This document shows, one piece after another, positions 26,880 through 36,430 of a stretch of DNA of 64,000 nucleotides. The position numbers and the translations under genes were made by a program. Location of the stretch: contig LNJC01000001.1 of assembly GCA_001587575.1 (NCBI GenBank), positions 47,864-111,863 of the forward strand, given 5' to 3'. Each line of letters starts with the position of its first letter. The stretch's first letter is position 1. The notes beneath the pieces are model-generated. The model worked only from the letters and a program-made list of their open reading frames with translations. It did not search any database and was not told the DNA's origin. The DNA comes from Candidatus Methanofastidiosum methylothiophilum (GTDB lineage: Archaea; Methanobacteriota_B; Thermococci; Methanofastidiosales; Methanofastidiosaceae).

Positions 26880-27719
26880 ATGTTTGAAGATCTTTACAAT
26901 AATCTGGACGATATAAAAGAACTAAAAGACAAACTAGTCGTGATTAAATACGGTGGACACGCAATGAAAGATGAAGAATTAAAAATGGCATTTGCCAAAG
27001 ATATCTCCCTTATCAAATCTCTAGGCGCTTCACCTGTAATCGTTCATGGAGGCGGGCCAGAAATTACTTCAATGCTTGACAAGCTTGGAATAAAGTCTGA
27101 ATTCTACAAAGGATTAAGAATAACTGAAAAAGACGCAATGAAAGTAGTTGAAATGGTTCTTCACGGCGCAGTTAATCGAGAACTTGTAACTCTGATTAAC
27201 AATGAAGGCGAATACGCAGTTGGTTTATCTGGGAGAGATGGAAGTATAGTAAAAGCAATTAAAAAAACTGTAGACGGGGTAGACCTTGGATTCGTTGGAG
27301 AAATTAATAGCGTTAATACTTGGTTATTGTGGACTTTAATCGACGAAGGGTACATACCTGTGATCTCACCTATTGGGGAAGGTGAAAATGGAGGTTACAA
27401 TGTCAATGCTGATGAATTTGCATATTCGATTGCAGCAGCCATGGGAGCTGAAAAACTATTGTTAATTACAGACGTGGATGGAATCTACCTTGATCCAAAT
27501 GACCCATCAACAAGAATCCCACTTCTAACTGAATCAGATGCAAATGATATGATCGATAGTGGTAAGATATCAGGTGGAATGATCCCTAAAGTTCTTTCAT
27601 CAATATCTGCACTAAAGGAAGGCGTAGGAGAAGTTCATGTAATTAACGGAAAGTCAAAACACGTTATTCTTCAGGCCTTAATCAACGCTCAAAGCTGCGG
27701 TACAAGAATAGTTCTATGA
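26880..27719 (+). CDS. argB: Acetylglutamate kinase (ArgB/LysZ)
   Basis: It shows the amino-acid-kinase fold (VIKYGGHAM, PVIVHGGGPEI) and is adjacent to and co-directional with argC. Confidence 0.85.
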   Translation: MFEDLYNNLDDIKELKDKLVVIKYGGHAMKDEELKMAFAKDISLIKSLGASPVIVHGGGPEITSMLDKLGIKSEFYKGLRITEKDAMKVVEMVLHGAVNRELVTLINNEGEYAVGLSGRDGSIVKAIKKTVDGVDLGFVGEINSVNTWLLWTLIDEGYIPVISPIGEGENGGYNVNADEFAYSIAAAMGAEKLLLITDVDGIYLDPNDPSTRIPLLTESDANDMIDSGKISGGMIPKVLSSISALKEGVGEVHVINGKSKHVILQALINAQSCGTRIVL

Positions 27720-28400
27720 TTTGTCTTCAAAACTAACTGAATCTATAACTAAAACACCACTTAAATTTTCCATTATTTTTCTTGATTTTTCTATAATCAA
27801 TTTCTTCTTGAATATAGGGGCATCTATGACAAAAGTTTCATATTCCCCCCCTTCACCTGCGGCATGCACCCCATACTTTTTGTTTAATATTTTTAATTTT
27901 GACAGAATCTCGAGGTCAATTACTTTTCCAAGGTAGGATTCATCAAGCCCAAGAGCAGAAACTGATACAATTATAGCCTTGAAGCCATTACTAATCAGGG
28001 ATTCCATATATTCGTTTGTATCAGTTTTCCATAGAGGTGCATAGTGAAATATACCATAATCATCAGCGATCTTTTGTATTCTTTCCCTCTGGTAATTCGA
28101 TTCAATAGCTCCTGTTATTATTCCATCGATTTCTTTATTTTTTACAAACTCCCCAATGATTTTGTACAGTTCTATTACCTCTTTTTCTTTTTCACCTTTG
28201 ACCTTCTTTTGAATCAAAGGGATACCCATAGCCTTAGCCTGAAAAGAGGTAAGTGAAATATTTGGAACATGAAACATATACGAATCTTCTCTTTCTGACT
28301 CTAAAGATAAGAGAGAAACAACTTCATGCCCTTCTTTTATTGCAAGATAGGCAGCATAAAGGGAGTCTTTTCCCCCAGAAAACAAAGACATCAGTCTCAT
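27714..28400 (-). CDS. Diphthine-ammonia ligase-like PP-loop ATPase (Dph6 / MJ0570 family)
   Basis: The N-terminal PP-loop MSLFSGGKDS and the 228-aa length match the Dph6 / MJ0570 family. Confidence 0.7.
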   Translation of the reverse strand: MRLMSLFSGGKDSLYAAYLAIKEGHEVVSLLSLESEREDSYMFHVPNISLTSFQAKAMGIPLIQKKVKGEKEKEVIELYKIIGEFVKNKEIDGIITGAIESNYQRERIQKIADDYGIFHYAPLWKTDTNEYMESLISNGFKAIIVSVSALGLDESYLGKVIDLEILSKLKILNKKYGVHAAGEGGEYETFVIDAPIFKKKLIIEKSRKIMENLSGVLVIDSVSFEDKS

Positions 28401-28450
28401 AATTAGAATAAACTCAAAAAATTTAAATACCTTCTGCCGTATTAAGACTT

Positions 28451-29923
28451 ATGAAAAAGATTATGGGATTCTCTATTTTGGGGATTTTTCTCTTTTCTTT
28501 ATTTTCTCCTTTAGTGTTAGCTGAAACTCAAAACATTCTATTCTACGGGAAAAGTCTAGGAAAGATCGAAGATTCAATAAAAGTTAATTATAATATTACA
28601 AAAACTCAACAGATTCCCCAAAATCTTTCTTCGTATAAAGTTGTTGCTATAATCGTTCCAGATAGAGGGATATCTTCTGAAGAAATACCAAGACTTTTAG
28701 AGTATGTAAACTCTGGAGGATCTTTATTGATTATTGGCGAAGATTTCACTGAAGCATCTTCTATAACTCAAATAAATAGGCTTCTATCTTCTTTAAACAT
28801 TGAATTTAATGTAGATAGGGTCTATGACGATACAAATAATAGAAATTTTAACACCCGTGTTTTAATACAAGGAGATTCGAATTATCCGCCTTCAAAGGGT
28901 GTTTCTAGGTTATTATATGCTAGTGGTTCAAGTCTTAAAGGCAAGTTTGACAGAGAATTTAGGAGCAATGTTACTTCTTATTCTAAGAATTATGACGAAT
29001 TTGAAACCTATAAGAGAGGCGAAAGACCGCCAGTATCAGGATATATTAAATCTGGCAATGGAATGATATTACTCATAGGCGATAAATCACTTTTTGAAGA
29101 TACCTATGTTGTCCAGGAAGATAATGCCCTTTTTGCTTTGAATCTATTTGACTTTGCTGCAGGAAACTCTAATCTTATTGACCAAAGAATACAATACAAA
29201 GGAAATTATGACGAGGAATCAACTTCCTTTTTAACCGCTTTTGATTCAATGAAAAAGAATGGATTCTCTGAAATAAAACCAACTGAAACTAACACAATAA
29301 ATTCTTTGATTCAACAAGCACAAAATAATTACTCCTTTGGGCTTTACAGGGAGGCATATACAACTATCTCTCAAGCAATAACTATCTTCGAATCTCAAAC
29401 AAATTCTATAAACAACGATTTTAATGAAAGGCTTCAGAAAGCAAAGAATCTAGAAAATGAGGCACGAAACAAAGGCATCACTGTTTCCGAAGAAGCTGTA
29501 TTTAATGAAGGAGTGTATTACTTATCTCAAGCTGAAAAAGAGAGCAATCTCAAGAAGAGAATTGAACTGATAGATAAATCAATAGAAATTCTTGAAAGAC
29601 TTGGACAGGGAGAAATGCAAAGGGCCAAAATTGAGATTGACACTGCAGACAGTAAACTAAAGGAAGCAAAAAATACAATGTTTTATGAAAACGACGTCCA
29701 AAAAGCAGATGATCTCTTAACAGAAGCAAGAAGACTTTATAACAGGGGAAGATACACTGATGCTATCGCATCTGCCATAGAATCTCAGAAATATTCTGAC
29801 AGAGCAATCGGAAAATACAATATATTTAAAATCATAGTTGGTCTAGGGCTTCTATTGGGTGCATTGTTACTGATGATCGTTACAAAGAGGATTTTATCAT
29901 GGAAGGCACAAAAGAAAAAATAA
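28451..29923 (+). CDS. Secreted, C-terminally membrane-anchored DUF4350-like protein
   Basis: It has a signal peptide, the motif VNSGGSLLIIGE, a C-terminal coiled coil, and a TM anchor followed by KKK. A DUF95 gene lies downstream, which matches the known DUF4350-DUF95 neighbourhood. Confidence 0.5.
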   Translation: MKKIMGFSILGIFLFSLFSPLVLAETQNILFYGKSLGKIEDSIKVNYNITKTQQIPQNLSSYKVVAIIVPDRGISSEEIPRLLEYVNSGGSLLIIGEDFTEASSITQINRLLSSLNIEFNVDRVYDDTNNRNFNTRVLIQGDSNYPPSKGVSRLLYASGSSLKGKFDREFRSNVTSYSKNYDEFETYKRGERPPVSGYIKSGNGMILLIGDKSLFEDTYVVQEDNALFALNLFDFAAGNSNLIDQRIQYKGNYDEESTSFLTAFDSMKKNGFSEIKPTETNTINSLIQQAQNNYSFGLYREAYTTISQAITIFESQTNSINNDFNERLQKAKNLENEARNKGITVSEEAVFNEGVYYLSQAEKESNLKKRIELIDKSIEILERLGQGEMQRAKIEIDTADSKLKEAKNTMFYENDVQKADDLLTEARRLYNRGRYTDAIASAIESQKYSDRAIGKYNIFKIIVGLGLLLGALLLMIVTKRILSWKAQKKK

Positions 29924-30534
29924 CTTCTTTTTACAAAAATGAAGTTTTTCAAACAATAAAAGAAAATAATATCCTGATACTAGTATCCTTGGGATTATTT
30001 CTTTTAGGAGCTTTTTCAGGAGTTTATATTTTCAAAGTATTGCTGAATAATAATCCTGAAGTCATAGATGCTTTCTTAAAAGAATTCCAAGACATGTTTG
30101 GGCCTTTAAAGGAAATGAGCAAAATTGAGCTATTCTTCACCATATTCTTTGTTAACACTAGAACATCTTTTCTTATAATGATGCTAGGAGTTTTCTTCGG
30201 ATTTTTCCCTTTCATTTCCCTATGGGGAAACGGAACTGTTTTGGGAATCCTATACGGCAAATTTATTGCTGAAGGGGGAAATAACTTAGTTTTCTCAATG
30301 GGAATACTCCCTCACGGTATAATTGAAATACCTGCCATCTTAATAGCCGCTTCTCAAGGATTTAGGCTTGGAAAAGATATTATCTTGCCGCCCCAAGGCA
30401 AATCAAGGTCTGAAGCCCTTAAGATTAACATAAAAAAAGGACTTAAGTTATTTGCATTAATAATTCCTCTATTGCTAATCGCCGCTCTAATTGAAGTATA
30501 TATCTCTGCACATCTCTTTAATGCAAATCTATGA
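29899..30534 (+). CDS. SpoIIM-like / DUF95 membrane protein
   Basis: It carries the motif ILPHGIIEIPAILIAASQG characteristic of the SpoIIM/DUF95 family and has five TM helices. Confidence 0.6.
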   Translation: MEGTKEKITSFYKNEVFQTIKENNILILVSLGLFLLGAFSGVYIFKVLLNNNPEVIDAFLKEFQDMFGPLKEMSKIELFFTIFFVNTRTSFLIMMLGVFFGFFPFISLWGNGTVLGILYGKFIAEGGNNLVFSMGILPHGIIEIPAILIAASQGFRLGKDIILPPQGKSRSEALKINIKKGLKLFALIIPLLLIAALIEVYISAHLFNANL

Positions 30535-30594
30535 AAATTCGTTATATTTATATATGAATATTTTTCCTGACTTTAAGCTCTTAGGTGTATCAGG

Positions 30595-31665
30595 ATGGAT
30601 ATAAATTCTCTACTTTCACAAACATATTTTGATAATACCCTTATCTCTTACTTAATTTTCTTTTTAGTTACAGCAGGGTTTGTAGTTATAGGAAAAACTG
30701 TATACTATTTTTCAAAGACACTTCTGAAAAAAATTGCAAAGAAAACACAAACTAAATTTGACGACATACTTGTGGACATGGTGGAGGAGCCTCTTGTAAT
30801 TTTTATTGTGATCTTTGGATTGATGTTAGGTTGGGGATTCCTATCATTTCCAAATTATCCTATGATACCTAAATACTTTGGGCATATAGTTTACATGATT
30901 GTAGCCCTAAACGTTGCTTGGTTTATATCAAGATTTTTAGATTCATTGATTGAGAACTATCTTTTACCACTAACACAAAAAACTAAAACTGACTTGGATG
31001 ATCACCTTTTGCCCATAATTAGAAAAGTTATTAGTGTTATAGTTTTTGGAATTGCAATTATCACTATCTTGGATGAATTTGGAATTGAAATAGGTCCAAT
31101 GTTAGCAGGTCTTGGTATAGGGGGCCTTGCGTTTGCCCTTGCCTCAAAAGACCTTATTAGTAATTTATTCGGATCAACAACAGTCTTATTTGATAAACCT
31201 TTCTTTTTAGGAGAGAGAATAAAAGTTGGAAGTTATGATGGTACTGTTAAAGAAATAGGTATTAGAACTACCCAGATAGAAACTCTGGAAGGATCCATAG
31301 TTTTTATTCCAAACTCAAAATTTACCCAAACAGAAGTTGAAAACATTTCAAGGCAATGGGCAAGAAGAATGAAGATGACAATTGGCCTTACTTATAATAT
31401 GAATTCTGAGAAAATAAAAAAAGCAAAAGAACTTATTCGTGAAGCTGTTTTATCCGAAGAAGGAACTTCAAAAGAAAGGATAATGATCAACTTCACTGAA
31501 TTTGGCGATTTTTCAAAAAATATTATGGTAATATACTGGGTGACTAACAAACCAAATTATTTTGAGATTGTTGATAGAATTAATCTAAAAATTATGGAGT
31601 CTTTTGAAAAACATAAGATCGAATTCGCTTTCCCAACGCAAACTATCGAATTAGTTAATAAATAG
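30595..31665 (+). CDS. Small-conductance mechanosensitive channel (MscS family)
   Basis: It has N-terminal TM helices followed by the MscS beta-domain pattern (GERIKVGSYDGTVKEIGIRTTQIETLEGSIVFIPNSKF). Confidence 0.75.
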   Translation: MDINSLLSQTYFDNTLISYLIFFLVTAGFVVIGKTVYYFSKTLLKKIAKKTQTKFDDILVDMVEEPLVIFIVIFGLMLGWGFLSFPNYPMIPKYFGHIVYMIVALNVAWFISRFLDSLIENYLLPLTQKTKTDLDDHLLPIIRKVISVIVFGIAIITILDEFGIEIGPMLAGLGIGGLAFALASKDLISNLFGSTTVLFDKPFFLGERIKVGSYDGTVKEIGIRTTQIETLEGSIVFIPNSKFTQTEVENISRQWARRMKMTIGLTYNMNSEKIKKAKELIREAVLSEEGTSKERIMINFTEFGDFSKNIMVIYWVTNKPNYFEIVDRINLKIMESFEKHKIEFAFPTQTIELVNK

Positions 31666-31725
31666 ATTCAATAAGCTAAGGGCGCATATGGAAATTCTTT
31701 TAAATGACTTAACTCAATTCTTTTC

Positions 31726-32004
31726 ATGGACGACAGAGAAGAAAGCTATGAGCAGGAAGAAGAATATCAGAGTGCAGGTGCTGAAAAACCTTTTGACATT
31801 GTTCACAACAATATCGGAGAAACAGTCAGCATTGTTCTAAAAGATGGCAGGAAAATTGACGGAACTTTAGCAGGTTATGACTTAGAACTCAATTTAGTAA
31901 TGGAAAATGTAAAAATTCTAAGAGGCGACGAAGTTAAAGACAAGCCTTTAATAATAGTTAGAAGGAACAATATTCTTGCAATTGGGGATCATATCTTAAC
32001 TTGA
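31726..32004 (+). CDS. Sm-like (LSm) protein with an acidic N-terminal extension
   Basis: The Sm1 and Sm2 motifs are present (VSIVLKDGRKIDGTLAGYDLELNLVM; IIVRRNNILAI). Confidence 0.7.
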   Translation: MDDREESYEQEEEYQSAGAEKPFDIVHNNIGETVSIVLKDGRKIDGTLAGYDLELNLVMENVKILRGDEVKDKPLIIVRRNNILAIGDHILT

Positions 32005-32514
32005 TTATATATTCTCTTTTAGAAAAATCCCTTTGTATAAAGAGTCATCTGTCAAAGTTCTCATAAATACTAATTGCAGAACTCTTGCATCCTTGAATAT
32101 TTTTATGCCTTTTTCGTTATCAACTGAAAGCAAGGATTCGCTTCTTCCACTGTAACCCCTATCCCACACAGCGGTCCCAACGTTTGCACCACACCTTAAT
32201 AGAGTTGAACGTGGTCTTCCTAGAGCTACTATATTAGAAGGTATATTTACAATCTCGTTGTATATAATTTTGTAAGCTCCCTTTTCTAAAAAAACAAAAT
32301 CATTAACAAATTCTATTTTCTTTGTTTCAGACAATTTCCTCTTCTGATTACTAAAATCTACAGCACCTTCAGATACAATTCTATGAACTTCTCTAACAGT
32401 CATATCAAACCCGTTAGGCGTAATCTGCGTATCTAGATCAATATAGTTCTGGATAAGACTATTATCTTCTATAAGTTTTCTAATTTCATTTCCTGTAAGA
32501 ACACAACTTTCCAT
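32005..32514 (-). CDS. dcd: dCTP deaminase / dUTPase-superfamily protein
   Basis: A 169-aa protein with the pattern GAYKIIYNEIVNIPSNIVALGRPRSTLLRCGANVGTAVWDRGYSG, typical of Dcd/Dut. Confidence 0.7.
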   Translation of the reverse strand: MESCVLTGNEIRKLIEDNSLIQNYIDLDTQITPNGFDMTVREVHRIVSEGAVDFSNQKRKLSETKKIEFVNDFVFLEKGAYKIIYNEIVNIPSNIVALGRPRSTLLRCGANVGTAVWDRGYSGRSESLLSVDNEKGIKIFKDARVLQLVFMRTLTDDSLYKGIFLKENI

Positions 32515-32539
32515 AAATATAGTTAATTGAAAACCTTTT

Positions 32540-33388
32540 ATGTATTTTGGATTAATGTTCTATGTGGAAGATAGGAAAATAAAAAAACTAAGAGAGCAAC
32601 TAATGACGAAGATATCTGGAGACGATATAAAAAAAATAATGAAGGGCTATGAACAACTTGGGGACATTATAATTCTTGTGATTCCTGAGGAGTACAAGCA
32701 GTTGAAAGATTTTATTGGCAGATGTTTTTATGAAAGTTTCAAATGCAAGGCCGTTTTAGAAAAAGGACTCGTCTCAGGTGAATTTAGAATCCCTCATTAT
32801 CAAATCATAATAGGCGATAGCTTTGTTACAATCCATAAAGAAAATGGAATTCTATACAAAATCGATCTTTCTAAAGTGATGTTTTCTTCAGGGAATATTG
32901 CTGAGAGGATAAGAATGGCCCATATATCGGCTCCAGATGAAGTAGTCATCGATATGTTTTCTGGGATTGGATACTTCACATTGCCAATTGCAAAATATGG
33001 GAAATCTAAAGTTTGGGCTTTAGAAAAAAATCCGAATAGTTATGATCTTCTATTAGATAATATAGCGCTAAATAATCTTGAAGGACGTGTCACGGCGGTA
33101 AACACTGATTGTCTTGATTTTAATCCAAACTTCAAAGCAGATAGAATAATAATGGGATATTTCTCTGACGATGAGAAGTTTCTCCTAAAGGCTTTGGATA
33201 TGATAAAAGACGGCGGCATTATCCACTATCACAACACCGTGCCAGAAAAAGTTGAGCTTAATTTTAAGAGCCATATTGAAAAGATACTATCTAAAAAAGG
33301 AAAACATTTGGAATCAATTTCCTATAGAAAGATAAAAAAATATTCCCCTGGTGTTTGGCACGTAGTTTTTGATTTCAAAGTCATCTAA
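32540..33388 (+). CDS. tRNA methyltransferase of the Trm5/TYW2 (Met-10+) family
   Basis: It has the SAM motif VIDMFSGIGYFTLPIAKYG and the Trm5/Taw2 pattern. Confidence 0.7.
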   Translation: MYFGLMFYVEDRKIKKLREQLMTKISGDDIKKIMKGYEQLGDIIILVIPEEYKQLKDFIGRCFYESFKCKAVLEKGLVSGEFRIPHYQIIIGDSFVTIHKENGILYKIDLSKVMFSSGNIAERIRMAHISAPDEVVIDMFSGIGYFTLPIAKYGKSKVWALEKNPNSYDLLLDNIALNNLEGRVTAVNTDCLDFNPNFKADRIIMGYFSDDEKFLLKALDMIKDGGIIHYHNTVPEKVELNFKSHIEKILSKKGKHLESISYRKIKKYSPGVWHVVFDFKVI

Positions 33389-33678
33389 TACATTCTTCTT
33401 CTCTTTAAATCATCAAAGGCCCCAGAATAAGTTTGCCTTTCCTGGGCAGCTCTAGCATTTTTAATCATCTGAAGAATTATCTTCTTTTCTTTTTTCAGTC
33501 TCTTTTCTCGCCTATCTAAAATCAGGATAAATAATCCAAGGATAAATATGATTGTAATAATTACAGATAGTATCAGAAGCATTGTTGGATTATCTATTAA
33601 ACTATAATATATTGAAAAATAGCCACCTATTATAATTCCCACACCCATGATTGATAATCCAATTATTCTTTTTATCAT
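33385..33678 (-). CDS. Small two-TM membrane protein
   Basis: A hydrophobic N-terminus is followed by a basic tail. Confidence 0.4.
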   Translation of the reverse strand: MIKRIIGLSIMGVGIIIGGYFSIYYSLIDNPTMLLILSVIITIIFILGLFILILDRREKRLKKEKKIILQMIKNARAAQERQTYSGAFDDLKRRRMY

Positions 33679-33823
33679 TAGACATCTCCGGGCATAATTA
33701 TATGCTTTCTCAAGTTTTTATAATTGATGGTAAAAAATATATTATTATTTTAAATAAATATTAGTATTGGTATACTTCTTCTTTTCCGATAACTATTTTA
33801 AAGATAATGTTTTCCTATGATTT

Positions 33824-34378
33824 GTGTGTAAACATTTAGAATATGAAGTAATAAAAAAAAGAGGAAGACAGGAATTAAGGAAATGTAATAATTGTGGTGA
33901 AATATTTCAAGTTATTCTTGAAAAAGAGGCGTTGATTAAGATCACTGCTGTAATTTCTTACTTTGAAGAATCAAAAAAAATATTAATCGATTCCCCCGAA
34001 AATAAACTCTTTGAAGTTGGTGAATTACTGGAAGTCAATAAGAAAAAATACTATGTTAATCATATTGATTCTAAAATAAAAGGGGATTCCTCATTGGCTA
34101 AAGATATTAACACTTTATACATCATCCCAGAAGATATCCCTTCAGTCCTTAAGATTACTTTAAGAACTGAAAATGGGCATCTCTCTCTAAGAGCTTTTGC
34201 AGAAAGAGAAGAGATGTTCTCTAAAGGAGATAACATTACTATTGATGATTATGATATGGTAATTGAAAAAATACTCGCTTCAAAAGGTTATGAGTTTTCT
34301 GCTCCCGCTTCTGAAATTAGAAGGATATACTGCTCACAATCCGCTAAAAGTGGAAGGAGTCTTGATGTCCATAAATGA
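33824..34378 (+). CDS. Hypothetical protein with an N-terminal putative zinc ribbon
   Basis: The N-terminus CKHLEY...CNNCGE resembles a zinc ribbon. Its stop overlaps the pcm start. Confidence 0.4.
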   Translation: MCKHLEYEVIKKRGRQELRKCNNCGEIFQVILEKEALIKITAVISYFEESKKILIDSPENKLFEVGELLEVNKKKYYVNHIDSKIKGDSSLAKDINTLYIIPEDIPSVLKITLRTENGHLSLRAFAEREEMFSKGDNITIDDYDMVIEKILASKGYEFSAPASEIRRIYCSQSAKSGRSLDVHK

Positions 34379-35018
34379 CGAATCTAGGAATAAAATGGTT
34401 TCTTATCTTGAAAAATTTGGCTACATTAAAAGTGAACATGTAAAAGAGGCCTTCTTGAAAGTTGACAGAAGTAATTTCATTCCTGGAAATCTAAAAGAAG
34501 AGGCTTACAGAGATACTCCACTTTCAATCGGTTCTGGGCAGACTATCTCTGCACCTTCAATGATTGCGTTGATGTTAGAAGTTTCAGAACTTAAATTTGG
34601 GCTCAAAATATTAGAGATAGGAACAGGATCTGGCTATAATGCTGCATTGATTGCTGAAATATGTGGAGATCAAAACATTGTTACAATTGAAAGAATACCT
34701 GAAGTATATCAATTCGGTAGGGAGAATCTCAAAAAGGCTGGATACAATGTGAAGGTAGTTCTTGGGGATGGCACAAAAGGATACCTAGAAGATGCACCAT
34801 ACGATAGGATAATCGTGACTGCAGCAGCCCCACAAGTTCCACAAAGTTGGAAAGATCAGTTGAAAGAAGATGGCATGATAATAGCTCCTGTGGGGATGGA
34901 AAGATACTATCAGGAACTTCTGGTAGTAAAAAAGAAAAATGACACAACATTTGACATAAAGAAGCATGGCGGGTGCGTTTTTGTGCCCTTAGTCGGAGAG
35001 GATGGGTGGAAGGAGTAA
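34365..35018 (+). CDS. pcm: Protein-L-isoaspartate O-methyltransferase
   Basis: It carries the motifs GSGQTISAPSMIA and LEIGTGSGYNAA. The ATG at 34365 is preceded by GGAAGGAG, and the upstream ORF-track extension from 34263 is rejected. Confidence 0.85.
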   Translation: MSINDESRNKMVSYLEKFGYIKSEHVKEAFLKVDRSNFIPGNLKEEAYRDTPLSIGSGQTISAPSMIALMLEVSELKFGLKILEIGTGSGYNAALIAEICGDQNIVTIERIPEVYQFGRENLKKAGYNVKVVLGDGTKGYLEDAPYDRIIVTAAAPQVPQSWKDQLKEDGMIIAPVGMERYYQELLVVKKKNDTTFDIKKHGGCVFVPLVGEDGWKE

Positions 35019-36430
35019 TGAGATTCACTGAATACGGCACCATTAAAAAAAAAGCAATTAATAGATTTGCATTAATATATCCAGATGTATACCGTGCCGG
35101 TAACTCAAATCTTGGTCTTCATTATATTTATAATATTGTAAATGAGGCAGAAGGATTTTCAGTAGAAAGATTTTTTCTGGATTTTGAAAGATCAATTGAA
35201 TCTCAAGATATGCTGAAAAATTTTAAAGCATTTTTGTTTTCTCTAAATTATGAGTATGGTATCATCAATCTTCTTAAAATTCTTAAAAAGAACAATATAC
35301 CATTGTTGAGAGAGAATAGAAAAGATCATTTAGTTATTACAGGCGGCCCACTTAACGTCAATCCTTTCATATTAGACGATGTTTTTGATATTGCATTTAT
35401 TGGTGACGCTGAAAAATCTCTAGTCGAGTTTTTAGATATTTATTCTACTTTAGATGACCCGAAAAAAGAAATAGATGAATTTGGAAAAATAGAAGGGCTC
35501 TATATACCCGAGATTCACAAAGAAAATAAGATCAAAAGAAGAATAGAAAAACTTACTTATCATCCGCTTTATGAACCTATCCAGTGGGGAGACTTTGAGG
35601 AGTCATTCAATCGGACATTTCTTTTAGAAGTATCGCGAGGTTGTAGAAGTAGATGCGCATTCTGTCTTACAGGAAATGCTCTTGGCCCTTATAGGGAACG
35701 GAGCAAGGAAGAATTAATTAATATAATAAAAGAAGGCCAAAAGAGAACAAAGTTTGAAAAGATTGCTTTGATAGGATCAGATATGCCTTCGTCACTTGAT
35801 GAAATTATCAAAAGTTTAAGTGGACTAGGATTCCAAATTTCTCTTCCGTCACTAAAACTTATGGACATAGATGAGAAAACGATACCTTTACTTGGGCAGG
35901 ACACTATAACGTTGGCTCCAGAATCTTCAGAATCTTTGAGGTGTGAAGTGGGTAAATACTATAAGGATGAAGAGTTCTTTGATAAAATAAGTCTGATAAA
36001 AAAATACTCCAAATCAGTAAAGCTTTACTTTATTTTTGGACTTCCAGGGGAAGAACAAAAAGACCTTGACGAAATTATTAATTTCATAAAAATCTCAAGG
36101 AAAATAATAAGGACAAAATCTTCATTTAATCCATTTGTTCCAAAGCCCCACACACCTTTTGAAGATCATATTTTTGATTTTGGTGAATTAAAAGAAAAGA
36201 TGAAGTATATTTCTACAAATATAAAAGATGTTAGGATGGAAGACTTGAAAGGTGCATTTATACAGTATGTTATCTCCCTTGGTGGAAGAGATGTTGGTAA
36301 GTTTATTATTGACGGAGTAGAAAACAGTAAGAATTTAACTTATTCTTCATTCAACAAAGCTATAGAGCAGGATGAAATAGAAGTCCCATCAAATGAAAAG
36401 GAGTGGAAAAGAATTGAAGTATCAGTTTGA
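35018..36430 (+). CDS. Radical SAM protein with an N-terminal B12-binding-like domain
   Basis: It has the cluster motif CRSRCAFC (CxxxCxxC). The start overlaps the pcm stop as TAATG, and the gene overlaps dph2 by 38 nt. Confidence 0.65.
   Translation: MRFTEYGTIKKKAINRFALIYPDVYRAGNSNLGLHYIYNIVNEAEGFSVERFFLDFERSIESQDMLKNFKAFLFSLNYEYGIINLLKILKKNNIPLLRENRKDHLVITGGPLNVNPFILDDVFDIAFIGDAEKSLVEFLDIYSTLDDPKKEIDEFGKIEGLYIPEIHKENKIKRRIEKLTYHPLYEPIQWGDFEESFNRTFLLEVSRGCRSRCAFCLTGNALGPYRERSKEELINIIKEGQKRTKFEKIALIGSDMPSSLDEIIKSLSGLGFQISLPSLKLMDIDEKTIPLLGQDTITLAPESSESLRCEVGKYYKDEEFFDKISLIKKYSKSVKLYFIFGLPGEEQKDLDEIINFIKISRKIIRTKSSFNPFVPKPHTPFEDHIFDFGELKEKMKYISTNIKDVRMEDLKGAFIQYVISLGGRDVGKFIIDGVENSKNLTYSSFNKAIEQDEIEVPSNEKEWKRIEVSV

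Noticed and set aside
34263-34364. Upstream extension of pcm (ORF track start 34263)
   Set aside because: It overlaps the preceding gene in another frame. The conserved PIMT N-terminus begins at the Met at 34365, which is preceded by a GGAAGGAG RBS.
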